Source: an uncultured Desulfarculus sp.
GTDB taxonomy: Bacteria > Desulfobacterota > Desulfarculia > Desulfarculales > Desulfarculaceae
Length of the DNA stretch: 64,000 bases
Assembly (NCBI GenBank): GCA_963665125.2
Contig: CAXXUK010000001.1
Coordinates: forward strand, 1,312,001-1,376,000
Reading direction: 5' to 3'
Translations under genes and position numbers: made by a program
The notes under the pieces: generated by a model
Told to the model about the DNA's origin: nothing
Databases searched by the model: none
The model's input: the letters and a program-made list of their open reading frames with translations, nothing else
Shown: positions 54,986-64,000 of the stretch, in pieces
How the letters are laid out: each line of letters opens with the position of its first letter
Position numbering within the stretch: the stretch's first letter is position 1

Positions 54986-57289
54986 ATGAAGATTACCAAG
55001 CACGATTGGCCCGTCTTATTGGTTTCCGGACAATTCGACACCCCCAATGACGAGGGTTACAGGCTCCGCGAACTCGAAACCGAACTGGCAGAGGTCCAGG
55101 AATGCTCGATCATTCCTTCATTAAATTACGAAGACGCCATTGAAATTTTTGTCTCCCGCAACGACCTGGGCGCGGTGATCATCGACTGGGACATTCAGGA
55201 CGAAAACAGCGATGAAAAACTTCCGCCGGAAATCCTGCTGGATGAAATACGCAGACGCAACAAGACCATTCCCGTGCTGCTGCTAACCGAACGCCTGGGC
55301 GTGGAAAACATCCCCACCCAGGTATTGGCCAAGGTCAACGAATGTCTCTGGAAAACCGCCGACACCCCGGAGTTCCTGGCCGGGCGGGTCGAGGCCCTGG
55401 TCGTGGAATATATCAAGGGCGTGTACCCCAAATTCTTCGGCTATATGGTCAAATACGCCGAGGAATACAAATATGCCTGGCACACGCCCGGGCACATGGG
55501 CGGCCTGGGATTCCTGCGCAGCCCGGCCGGCGTGGCCATGCACAAGTTCTTTGGCGAAAACGTTTTCAGGGCCGACCTGTCCATCTCGGTGCCCGAGTTG
55601 GGCTCTCTGTTGGACCACAGCGGTCCGGTGTCCGACGCCGAGGGCAACTCGGCCAAGGTGTTCGGCGCGGACATGACCTACTACGTGCTCAACGGCACCT
55701 CCAACGTCAACCAGATCATCTGGCGCAGCCAGGTCCTGCGCGACGACATCGCCTTCGTGGACCGCAACTGCCACAAATCGCTGAACTACGCCATGGTCAT
55801 CACCGAGGCCTATCCGGTGTACATGGTGCCCCGGCGCAACAAGCGCGGCATCATCGGGCCGGTGCGCCTGTCTGAGTTTTCCGTGGAAAGCATCCGCGAA
55901 AAAATCAAGGGCAACAAACTGATCCCCGACGGCCGCAAAGACGACAAGGTGAAGATGTCGGCCCTGACCAACTCCACCTACGACGGCATCTGCTACAACG
56001 TGATCAACATCAAGAAACAACTCCAGCAAAGCGTGGAAAACCTGCACTTTGACGAGGCCTGGTATGCCTATGCCCGGTTCCACCCGGTGTACAAGGACCA
56101 CTTCGGCATGGCCGATGACGACCTCAACACGGAACATCCGCCCATTTTCTGCTCCCAGTCCACCCACAAGCTGCTGACTGCTTTTTCCCAGGCCTCCATG
56201 CTGCATGTGCGCAACGGCAGCCATGTCAAGATCAACCCTGACGAGCTCAACGAGTCGTACATGATGCACGGCTCCACCTCGCCCCAGTACAACATGATCG
56301 CCTCCCTGGACGTGGCCACCAAGATGATGGCCGACAACGGCCATATAATGATGGAGGACGTGATCATCGAGGCCGTCAGCCTCAGGCAAAAGGTCTCGCG
56401 CATCGCCGCGGAAATGAAGGCTTCCGGCGACTGGTTCTTTGAGATGTGGCAGCCGAAGATGGTGGACTATATCGGCAAGCAGACGCCGTTCGAGGACGTG
56501 CCGGCCACCTATCTCCGCGACAACCAGCATCCCTGGGTGTTCAGCCAAAAGGACAACTGGCACGGCTTTGATGACATCGAAGACAACTACGCCATGCTCG
56601 ACCCCATCAAACTGACCTTCACCACGCCGGGCCTCAGCGAAGACGGCGTCATGGCCGACGAGGGCATCCCGGCCGGCATCGTCACCAACTATCTGATCAA
56701 CCACGGCATTGTCTGCGAAAAGACCGACTACTACAGCTTCCTGCTGCTCAACTCCCTGGGCACCACCAAGGCCAAGCAGGGCACCCTGCTTTCGGGCCTG
56801 CTGAAATTCAAGAATCTCTACGACACCAACGCCCCGCTGGCCCAGGTGCAACCCGATCTGGTGAAGGCCTATCCCGAAGCCTATGAAAACGTGGGCCTCA
56901 AGGACCACTGCAACGCCATCCACCGCTACTTCAAGGAGCACCAGCTCCTGGACAAGATGCAGGCCGCCTTCCAGGTCATCCCGGATCAGGCCATGAAGCC
57001 CGCCGACGCCTATCACGAGGTGGTGCGCAAAAACGTGGAATACGTGGAGCTTTCCGAGATGAAAGGCCGCATTCCGGCGGTGATGATGGTGCCCTATCCT
57101 CCAGGCATCCCGGTGATGATGGGCGGCGAACTGATGAACGACAAGGCCGCGCCCATTTATGAGTATCTCGCAGCCCGCCAGGACTTTGAAAACGTCTTCC
57201 CAGGCTATGAAAGCGACATCCACGGCGTGGAGCGTGTGGAGCGTGGCGGCAAGAAGTACTTCAAGACCTTGTGCGTCAAACAGGGCTAA
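54986..57289 (+). CDS. wing-domain PLP-dependent Lys/Arg/Orn decarboxylase, probably lysine decarboxylase (LdcA-like)
   Basis: 'WHTPGH', 'ELGSLLDHSGP', 'NGTS', 'DRNCHKS', 'HFDEAW', PLP-Lys 'QSTHKLL', 'PYPPGIP'; N-terminal receiver-like wing domain. Confidence 0.9.
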   Translation: MKITKHDWPVLLVSGQFDTPNDEGYRLRELETELAEVQECSIIPSLNYEDAIEIFVSRNDLGAVIIDWDIQDENSDEKLPPEILLDEIRRRNKTIPVLLLTERLGVENIPTQVLAKVNECLWKTADTPEFLAGRVEALVVEYIKGVYPKFFGYMVKYAEEYKYAWHTPGHMGGLGFLRSPAGVAMHKFFGENVFRADLSISVPELGSLLDHSGPVSDAEGNSAKVFGADMTYYVLNGTSNVNQIIWRSQVLRDDIAFVDRNCHKSLNYAMVITEAYPVYMVPRRNKRGIIGPVRLSEFSVESIREKIKGNKLIPDGRKDDKVKMSALTNSTYDGICYNVINIKKQLQQSVENLHFDEAWYAYARFHPVYKDHFGMADDDLNTEHPPIFCSQSTHKLLTAFSQASMLHVRNGSHVKINPDELNESYMMHGSTSPQYNMIASLDVATKMMADNGHIMMEDVIIEAVSLRQKVSRIAAEMKASGDWFFEMWQPKMVDYIGKQTPFEDVPATYLRDNQHPWVFSQKDNWHGFDDIEDNYAMLDPIKLTFTTPGLSEDGVMADEGIPAGIVTNYLINHGIVCEKTDYYSFLLLNSLGTTKAKQGTLLSGLLKFKNLYDTNAPLAQVQPDLVKAYPEAYENVGLKDHCNAIHRYFKEHQLLDKMQAAFQVIPDQAMKPADAYHEVVRKNVEYVELSEMKGRIPAVMMVPYPPGIPVMMGGELMNDKAAPIYEYLAARQDFENVFPGYESDIHGVERVERGGKKYFKTLCVKQG

Positions 57290-57305
57290 TGCGGTAGTAA
57301 TCGAC

Positions 57306-57343
57306 CGGCGCGCCCCAAGGGCCCAGTATCCAGGGGCGCGCCG
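57306..57343 (+). other. intercistronic GC-rich stem-loop without U-tract
   Basis: CGGCGCGCCCC...GGGGCGCGCCG. Confidence 0.55.
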
Positions 57344-57393
57344 CATCCTTAATACCAGCGCGAAACCGATACCAGCAAACGGAAGACCGCCGT

Positions 57394-58806
57394 ATGTCCG
57401 AAGCCAAGTCGCAGCCCAAACTCAGTTTTTTCACCCTGATGATGATCAACGTGGCTGCGGTGCTGTCCCTGCGGGCCCTGCCGGGCATGGCCGAATACGG
57501 CTACGCCCTGATCGTCTATCTGGGCCTGGGCGCCATCTGTTTTTTTGTGCCTTCGGCCCTGGTTTCGGCCGAGCTGGCCTCGGGCTGGAAGCAGGAAGGC
57601 GGCGTTTATCTGTGGGTCAAGGAGGCATTCGGGGCCAAATGGGGCTTTGTGGCCATCTTCATGCAGTGGGTGGAAAACCTGCCCTGGTTTCCGGCCGTGC
57701 TGGCCTTTGCCGCCTCGGACGTGGCCTATGTCTTTAATCCGGATCTGGCCAACAGCAAGATTTTCGTGGTGGGCGTGATCTGGGTCACCATGTGGCTTTC
57801 CACCTTTCTCAATTACCGGGACATGAAGCTATCTGCCTTTTTCAGCTCCAGCGGCGCCATCTTCGGCACCATCATCCCCGGCATCCTGATCATCGTCCTG
57901 GGCGTCATCCACTACCTCTCGGGCCAGCCGCCCGAGATTCATTTTTCAATGGACGCCCTGATCCCGGATTTCGATTCCAGCCAGCAATTGATGCTCCTGG
58001 CGGCCATGCTGGTGTCGCTATTGGGCATGGAAATGTCGGCCGTGCACGTCAACGAGGTGGAAAACCCCTCTCGGACCTATCCCAGGGCCATTTTCTTTGC
58101 CTGCATCATCATCATGAGCCTGTCCGTCTGCGGTTCATTGGCCATCGCCAATGTCATTCCGGCCGACAGCGTCAGCCTCAGCGCCGGGGTCTGCCAGGCC
58201 TTTGACAAGCTGTTCGCCATCCACGGCATGCCCTGGATGACGCCCATAGTCTGCCTGCTCATGGCCTACGGCGGCATCACCATGGTAATTACCTGGATGG
58301 TGGGGCCTTCCAAGGGCATCCGCGAGGTGGCCAAGGAGGGCTATCTGCCCAAGTCTTGGCAGCGGACCAATGAGCACGGCATGCCCACCAGGATATTGGT
58401 CATCCAGAGCGGGTTTTCCTGTCTCTTGTCGTTGACGATCCTGTACATGCCCACGGTCAGCAGCGCCTTCATGCTCATGAGCGCCCTGGCCGCCCAACTC
58501 TATCTGATCATGTATCTGTTGATGTTCGCCGCGGCCATCCGCCTGCGCTACACCCGGCCCGACGTGGAGCGCGGCTACACCATACCCGGCGGCAAGGCGG
58601 GCATCTGGCTGGTCTGCGGCATCGCCATATGCACCTGCATCTTCGTGACCGTCTTCGGCTTTATCCCGCCTGATGCGGTCAGCCAAAACGGAACGATAGC
58701 TTCCGCCAAATACATCGCGTTCCTGGTGGTGGGAATGGCCGTGTTCACGGCGGTTCCGCTTTATTTTTACAGGCGCGCCCTGAAAAGAAGCGCGGCCCGG
58801 TCATGA
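57394..58806 (+). CDS. APC-family amino acid permease/antiporter (GadC-like)
   Basis: 'FFVPSALVSAELA', 'EGGVYLWVKEAFG', 'GMEMSAVH', 'W..GPSKG', 'LYLIMYLLMF'. Confidence 0.85.
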   Translation: MSEAKSQPKLSFFTLMMINVAAVLSLRALPGMAEYGYALIVYLGLGAICFFVPSALVSAELASGWKQEGGVYLWVKEAFGAKWGFVAIFMQWVENLPWFPAVLAFAASDVAYVFNPDLANSKIFVVGVIWVTMWLSTFLNYRDMKLSAFFSSSGAIFGTIIPGILIIVLGVIHYLSGQPPEIHFSMDALIPDFDSSQQLMLLAAMLVSLLGMEMSAVHVNEVENPSRTYPRAIFFACIIIMSLSVCGSLAIANVIPADSVSLSAGVCQAFDKLFAIHGMPWMTPIVCLLMAYGGITMVITWMVGPSKGIREVAKEGYLPKSWQRTNEHGMPTRILVIQSGFSCLLSLTILYMPTVSSAFMLMSALAAQLYLIMYLLMFAAAIRLRYTRPDVERGYTIPGGKAGIWLVCGIAICTCIFVTVFGFIPPDAVSQNGTIASAKYIAFLVVGMAVFTAVPLYFYRRALKRSAARS

Positions 58807-58864
58807 ATCAATCAATGCGTTGACATACTTTTTCTGTTGAATCTATCGGTGCAAAGGAGGGGCA

Positions 58865-60205
58865 ATGGCTGCAAATGAAGCACACAAGATGGGGCTGTTC
58901 GCATGTATCTCCGTGGTCGCCGGCAATATGATGGGCTCGGGCATCGCCCTGCTGCCGGCCAACCTTGCCGGCATCGGGAGCATTTCCATCATCGGCTGGT
59001 TCGTGGCCCTAACCGGCTCCCTGGCCCTGGCCTATGTCTTTTCCCGGCTGGGCATGGAAGATCCCCAGGAGGGTGGCCCCATCGCCTATTCAGGCGAGGT
59101 TTCCCCCATTCTGGGCTACCAGTCGGGCCTGTTGTACTACCATGCCAACTGGATCGGCAACCTGGCCATCGCCATCACCGGCGTGGACTATCTGTCGGTG
59201 TTTTTCCCGGCCCTGCAAGACCCGATCTATTCGGGCATCGCCTCGCTGATCATCATCTGGATCTTCACCGGCATCAACATCATGGGCGCCAACTGGATCG
59301 GCCGTCTGGTGTCGGTGGGCGTGGTCCTGCTGCTGATTCCGGTGGTGCTCACCGGCACCGTGGGCTGGCTATTCTTTGATCCGGTCCAATTCCAGAGCAA
59401 CTGGGTCGTGGGCTCCAAGACGCCGGAATCGGCCGTCATGGCCGCGATTATCCTGTGCATCTGGAGCTTCATCGGCGTGGAAAGCGCCTCGGTCAACACC
59501 GCCGTGGTCAAAGACCCCAAGCGCACCATTCCGCTGTCGACAATGATCGGCACGGGCATCGCCGGAACGGTTTATATCCTTTCCTGCACGGCCATCTCGG
59601 GCATGTTCCCGGCCAAGGACATGGCCGCCTCGGGGGCGCCGTTCTCCATGGCCATGGGCCATATCTGCGCGGGCCTGCCCTTTGCCGACATAGTGCCCAA
59701 GCTGGTCTCGGCGGTAACGGCCTTCGCCTGTCTGGCCTCCCTGGGCTCATGGATGATGCTGGTGTCCCAGGCCGGAATGCGGGCCTCCAAGGACGGCACC
59801 CTGCCCGCCATCTTCGGCAAACAAAACCACAAGGGCATCCCCGTCCCCGGCCTGATCATGGCCTCGGTGATGATGAGCATCCTGCTGGTCATCCTGATGC
59901 TCAGCTCCAAGGGCGGCAACACCCAGAGCCTGTTCGGCAGCATCTGCAACATCGCCGTTCTGATGACCCTGCCTCCGTATTTCTACTCGGCCCTCAACCT
60001 GCTGCGCAGGCACGGCTTCAGGGATTCCAAGGCCCTGTTGCAGATTGTTTCATCGATGTTGGCCTGCGGCTTCTGCCTGGTGGCCCTGAGCGGGGCGGCC
60101 AAGATGGCCCTGGCCGGTTGCCTGGTTGTTATGCTGTTGACCTTTGTCTTTTACGTTGGCAAGGACCGGCGGGAATACGAAAAGAATATGCTCTCAGAGC
60201 GCTAG
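58865..60205 (+). CDS. cadB: lysine/cadaverine antiporter CadB-like (APA family)
   Basis: N-terminus 'GLFACISVVAGNMMGSGIALLPANLA', 'YYHANWIGNLAI', 'WSFIGVESA', 'LGSWMMLV' closely resemble CadB. Confidence 0.8.
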   Translation: MAANEAHKMGLFACISVVAGNMMGSGIALLPANLAGIGSISIIGWFVALTGSLALAYVFSRLGMEDPQEGGPIAYSGEVSPILGYQSGLLYYHANWIGNLAIAITGVDYLSVFFPALQDPIYSGIASLIIIWIFTGINIMGANWIGRLVSVGVVLLLIPVVLTGTVGWLFFDPVQFQSNWVVGSKTPESAVMAAIILCIWSFIGVESASVNTAVVKDPKRTIPLSTMIGTGIAGTVYILSCTAISGMFPAKDMAASGAPFSMAMGHICAGLPFADIVPKLVSAVTAFACLASLGSWMMLVSQAGMRASKDGTLPAIFGKQNHKGIPVPGLIMASVMMSILLVILMLSSKGGNTQSLFGSICNIAVLMTLPPYFYSALNLLRRHGFRDSKALLQIVSSMLACGFCLVALSGAAKMALAGCLVVMLLTFVFYVGKDRREYEKNMLSER

Positions 60206-60213
60206 TATTAAAT

Positions 60214-60300
60214 AATTTCCGAGGGGCTCGAACGAATCGAGCCCCTCGGGAATTGGTATAGACTCCTGGGCGCGGCGAACGCGCCCAGGAGTTAATTGTT
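60214..60300. terminator. two consecutive hairpins between convergent genes
   Basis: Hairpin 1 AATTTCCGAGGGGCTCGA/TCGAGCCCCTCGGGAATT (60214-60254); hairpin 2 ACTCCTGGGCGCG/CGCGCCCAGGAGT (60262-60292). Confidence 0.75.
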
Positions 60301-60312
60301 TAATAGTAACGC

Positions 60313-61818
60313 CTACGCCAGACACTCCCGGAACACCTTACGGAAGTGGAAACCATAAATGGTAAAAGTCACGGCCAAGGGGAACAACTTGGGGCGTCTG
60401 AACAGAGACCAAAACAGCAATTTCCAATAATGCAGCCTCGCCTTGTCCTTGATTCCCAGTAAAAGCATCGACCTGAAAAAAGCCCAGGCATAGCCAGAGT
60501 GCAGGCGCAGATATCCGGCATGGAAATGGAACTTTTTACTTTTCTCTGCGCTGTATTCCCTCAGGTAGTTTTTCACCCGCTGGTAATACGGCTTGGGGGA
60601 ATAGATGCCGCTGATGATCCGGCGGTATCCTTGGGATAACGCCTCAATGCCCATTTTGGGCACGACATTTGTAGTTAAATCAGTGTTATCGCCGGTTATC
60701 TCTTTAAGCAAACGGCCTTCGTTGACGATCCGCTGGTATAACTGGCTACCTCTGGGCGCATTCAGCAGCCCAACCATGGCGGTAACTATCCTGCTGTTTT
60801 GAATAAACTCTATTTGCTGGTCGAAAACAGACGGCGAGTCATTGTCAAAGCCCACGATAAAGCCGCCGCGCACTTCCATGCCGAAGCTCTGCATTTTCTT
60901 TACGCTGGCCACCATATCCCGATTACGGTTCTGAATTTTATTGCATTCGGCTAGGCTGTCTTCATTTGGGGTTTCGATGCCCACAAAAACACCGTCAAAA
61001 CCGGCGGCGGCCATCAGACGCATCAATTCTTCGTCGTCGCTGAGGTCAATGGAAGCCTCGGTGGACAATTTAAAGGGATGTTTGTGCTCGCTCATCCACT
61101 GGATAATGGCTGGCAGTACGTGCTTCTTCAACTTCACCTTGTTGCCGATAAAATTGTCATCGACAATAAACAGGCTGCCGCGCCAGCCCGAACTGTAAAG
61201 GGCGTCAAACTCGGCAAGAATCTGTTCCTTGCTCTTGGTGCGCACCTTGCGGCCGAACAGGGCGGTAATATCGCAGAATTCGCAATCGAAGGGGCAGCCC
61301 CGGGAATACTGAACATTCATGGACGCATAGCGTTTGAGGTTCAGCAGGCTCCACATGGGCGGCGGAGTACTGGCCAATGTTGGAAATTGATCTGTTGTGT
61401 ATATGTGACGAGGCGTTCCCGCCTCAAGATCCTTCAGAAATAGCGGTAGCGTTATCTCGGCCTCGCCGAGCACGAAGTGGTCCACGCCGCTAAATTCCTC
61501 ATGCCCGGTAGTGAACAGCGGGCCGCCGGCCACAACCTTGACATTATTCTCGCGGCAAAGGGCGATTATCCGCTTAACTGACTGTCTCTGAATGTCCATG
61601 GCGCTGATCATCACATAATCAGCCCATGCCAGGTGCTTTGCACGAAGGGTTTCCACATTCTCGTCTATAAGCTTTTTGTCCCATGATTCAGGGAGCATGG
61701 CTGCAACGGTGAGCAGTCCCAGAGGGGGGTGAAGCGCTTTTTTGGCAATGAATTTCAGAGCGTGTTTAAAGCTCCAAAAGGTATCCGGACTCTCGGGATT
61801 TACTAGTAGAATTTTCAT
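60313..61818 (-). CDS. B12-binding radical SAM protein with DUF4070-like C-terminus
   Basis: 'PPLGLLTVAAMLP', 'VVAGGP', 'GEAE', 'SRGCPFDCEFC', 'DDNFIGN', 'GFIVGFDND'; GAGG RBS before ATG 61818. Confidence 0.9.
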   Translation of the reverse strand: MKILLVNPESPDTFWSFKHALKFIAKKALHPPLGLLTVAAMLPESWDKKLIDENVETLRAKHLAWADYVMISAMDIQRQSVKRIIALCRENNVKVVAGGPLFTTGHEEFSGVDHFVLGEAEITLPLFLKDLEAGTPRHIYTTDQFPTLASTPPPMWSLLNLKRYASMNVQYSRGCPFDCEFCDITALFGRKVRTKSKEQILAEFDALYSSGWRGSLFIVDDNFIGNKVKLKKHVLPAIIQWMSEHKHPFKLSTEASIDLSDDEELMRLMAAAGFDGVFVGIETPNEDSLAECNKIQNRNRDMVASVKKMQSFGMEVRGGFIVGFDNDSPSVFDQQIEFIQNSRIVTAMVGLLNAPRGSQLYQRIVNEGRLLKEITGDNTDLTTNVVPKMGIEALSQGYRRIISGIYSPKPYYQRVKNYLREYSAEKSKKFHFHAGYLRLHSGYAWAFFRSMLLLGIKDKARLHYWKLLFWSLFRRPKLFPLAVTFTIYGFHFRKVFRECLA

Positions 61819-62006
61819 ATTCCTCACTTTTATACTATTTTACTATACCTTTCCGGTTTTATCCTTCTCTTTATCTCCCTGAGCCTTTTTCCCATATTTA
61901 TCGGCACGGGTGCGCCGTATTGCGGCTGAGACCTCCGGGCCTGATGTATGCCCGGAGTGACATCAATGAAGTGAAAACCGTTGGACATAAATACAATGAA
62001 TCGTTA

Positions 62007-62054
62007 TATTTAGTATACTAATCATTTGACAACATAACATTTGCCTTTTAACGT
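62007..62054 (+). promoter_or_regulatory. palindromic operator and sigma70 promoter of the MarR gene
   Basis: TATTTAGT-AT-ACTAATCA (core palindrome TTAGTATACTAA) directly before TTGACA-17 nt-TAACGT. Confidence 0.65.
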
Positions 62055-62096
62055 AGATGGAAACCTCTAGTTCTTACGGTTTGGAATCTCCCGCGC

Positions 62097-62627
62097 ATGG
62101 CTTACGACGAAAGCATCCTGAGTTCGCTCAGGCGCATAACCAGGGCCATTGACCTGCACAGCCGCAAGTTGGCTTCCGAGTACAAGCTCACGGCGCCACA
62201 GCTTGTCTGCCTGCGCCAGCTGTACAATGATGGCCCCCTCCCCCCCAGCCGTCTGGCCAGAGAAGTATCTCTGAGCCAAGCCACGGTCACCGGAATAATC
62301 GACCGTCTGGAACGCAGCAGGCTCGTGGAACGGCGGCGTGATCAAAAAGACCGCCGCCAGATAAGCATTTTCATCACGGAAAAAGGCAGGGAACTGGTCC
62401 AAAGTGCTCCGCTTCCCCTGCAGGAGAGGTTTGCCGGACGCCTTGCAAAGTTGGACCAACAACAACAGGCTCTGATCGACAAAACACTGAAAGAAATTGT
62501 CGAAATGATGGAGGCGACAGAGCTTGATGTCGCTCCAGTCATTACCAGCGGCAATGTGGAAGCGGAGCACACCCAGGTTGAGGAATTCCTGGATGCTCCG
62601 ATATTGAACAAGGAAAACAAAAACTGA
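62097..62627 (+). CDS. MarR-family regulator, EctR/CosR-like
   Basis: 'LRRITRAIDLHSRKL', 'LTAPQL', 'LSQATVTGIIDRLE', 'DRR', 'AP.PLQERF', 'MMEA..LD.AP'. Confidence 0.85.
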   Translation: MAYDESILSSLRRITRAIDLHSRKLASEYKLTAPQLVCLRQLYNDGPLPPSRLAREVSLSQATVTGIIDRLERSRLVERRRDQKDRRQISIFITEKGRELVQSAPLPLQERFAGRLAKLDQQQQALIDKTLKEIVEMMEATELDVAPVITSGNVEAEHTQVEEFLDAPILNKENKN

Positions 62628-62835
62628 TAATGGGTTTCCCCAAGACCGACTGCCATATCCTAACCGACCTACTGCTCAACTGCGCGTGCGGCATCCACAA
62701 CTCGTGGCGCCTACTTTGGGCCAGCTGCGACTACCGTTTTCCCAACTAAGCCTTTTTCCTAAGCACCCCGTACGGTTCGCCCTGGCGAACAGTGCCATGT
62801 TTTATTCCTATCAACTTACCGGGAGAACCGTGCAT

Positions 62836-64000
62836 ATGCCCTGCATGATCAAAGTTGAAAACGTCTTCAAGGTTTTCGGAGCCCATCCGGAAAATGCCAT
62901 CCCTTTGGTAAAGGAAGGCCTGTCCAAGGATGAAATCCTAAAAAAAACAGGCCAAGCCGTCGGTTGCGCCGACGTCTCCTTTGAGGTGGAGCAAGGCCAG
63001 TTGTTGGTGGTGATGGGCCTTTCGGGCAGCGGCAAATCCACGTTGATCCGTTGCCTGAACCGGCTCAATGAACCCACGTCAGGCTCCATCGTCATCGATG
63101 GCGTCGACGTCACCAAGCTTGGCGACAGGGAACTCATGGAGTTCCGCCGCCGCAAGTTTGGTTTCGTATTCCAGCACTTCGCCCTGTTTCCCCACCGCAC
63201 GGTGCAGGCCAACGCCGAGTACGGCCTGGAGATCCAGGGCATGGACCCCATGGAGCGGGCCGAAAAAGCTCGGACAGCCCTCAAACAGGTGGGCCTGGAG
63301 GGTTGGGAGGAATCCTACCCGGCCCAGCTCTCTGGTGGCATGCAACAGCGAGTGGGCCTGGCCAGAGCCCTGGCCGTGGACCCGGACATCCTGCTGATGG
63401 ACGAGGCCTTCTCCGCTTTGGACCCTCTGATCCGCCGGGGCATGCAGGACGAGTTGATAAGCCTGCAACACGAGCTTCAAAAGACCATCGTGTTCATCAC
63501 CCACGATCTGGACGAAGCCCTGAAGCTGGGCGACAAGGTCATCCTGATGAAGGACGGCAAGATCGTCCAGCAGGGCACCCCGGAGGAGATCCTGACCAAC
63601 CCGGCCACCCGCTATGTTGAAAAATTCGTCGAGGACGTGGACATGTCCAAGGTGCTCACTGCCTCGTCGGTGATGAACGAGCCCAAGATCGTGGCCTTCC
63701 CCAAGGAAGGACCCCACGTGGCCCTGAGGCGAATGCGCGAAGAAGGCCTGTCGAGCATCTTCGTGGTGGAGAAAAAACGCATCCTGAAGGGCCTGCTCAC
63801 CGCAGAAGCAGCCAAACGGGCCGCCGACCGGGGCGACAAGGAAATCGAAAACTATGTCAACCACACCGACCTGCCCACGGTGAGCCCCGACGATTCGTTG
63901 AACACTCTTTTTCCCCTGCTTGCTGAAAGCAATCTGCCTTTGCCCGTAATCGACGAAAACCGCCGTTTGTTGGGCATTGTCGTGCGGGGCTCGGTATTGG
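62836..64000 (+). CDS. proV: glycine betaine/proline ABC transporter ATP-binding subunit (3' end outside window)
   Basis: Not in the ORF track (no stop in window). Hand translation: MPCMIKVENVFKVFG...VMGLSGSGKSTLIRCLNRL...FQHFALFPH...LSGGMQQRVGLARALA...MDEAFSALDPLIR, then a CBS-like region. Confidence 0.92.
   Translation, partial: MPCMIKVENVFKVFGAHPENAIPLVKEGLSKDEILKKTGQAVGCADVSFEVEQGQLLVVMGLSGSGKSTLIRCLNRLNEPTSGSIVIDGVDVTKLGDRELMEFRRRKFGFVFQHFALFPHRTVQANAEYGLEIQGMDPMERAEKARTALKQVGLEGWEESYPAQLSGGMQQRVGLARALAVDPDILLMDEAFSALDPLIRRGMQDELISLQHELQKTIVFITHDLDEALKLGDKVILMKDGKIVQQGTPEEILTNPATRYVEKFVEDVDMSKVLTASSVMNEPKIVAFPKEGPHVALRRMREEGLSSIFVVEKKRILKGLLTAEAAKRAADRGDKEIENYVNHTDLPTVSPDDSLNTLFPLLAESNLPLPVIDENRRLLGIVVRGSVL

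Noticed and set aside
55283..57346. 687-aa antisense ORF
   Set aside because: Shadow of the decarboxylase caused by GC-rich codon bias; no recognisable motifs.
58821..58850. Internal promoter before cadB (TTGACA)
   Set aside because: No convincing -10 element at 16-18 nt spacing.
60214..60292. REP/MITE-type repeat family
   Set aside because: The two hairpins differ in sequence and I saw no further copies in the window; terminators of convergent genes explain them.
60313..61818. Radical SAM gene as the missing GRE activase
   Set aside because: It has a B12-binding architecture unlike PflA-family activases and lies about 22 kb from the GRE.

Overview
GC-rich bacterial chromosomal window, densely coding. 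The gene repertoire suggests an anaerobic Desulfobacterota/deltaproteobacterium (inference only). No rRNA, tRNA, CRISPR array, transposase or integrase was recognised. Contents in order: the 3' end of an ArsA/Get3-like ATPase plus a small partner ORF; S41 peptidase; CstA transporter; AsmA-like protein; 7TM-DISM diguanylate cyclase; a secreted PLA2-motif protein; a four-gene operon (MscS-cNMP channel, SH3 protein, M48 peptidase, CHASE2 adenylate cyclase); a tandem glycine riboswitch controlling gcvT-H-PA-PB-lipA; a run of orphan exported proteins; lipase and acyl-CoA ligase; an 11-gene PadR-headed catabolic operon built around a glycyl radical enzyme (GRE) with no activase in the window; TetR, Usp, a Liv-type ABC transporter, FabG and FadD; cfa; uup; a lysine-decarboxylase-like gene with two APC transporters; a B12-binding radical SAM protein; and an EctR/CosR-like regulator ahead of a proV-like gene that runs off the window. 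Best candidates for undescribed systems: (1) the GRE operon at 28.4-40.9 kb and (2) the cyclase plus cNMP-domain MscS operon at 10.4-15.5 kb. All calls come from motif recognition by eye; no database searches were run.
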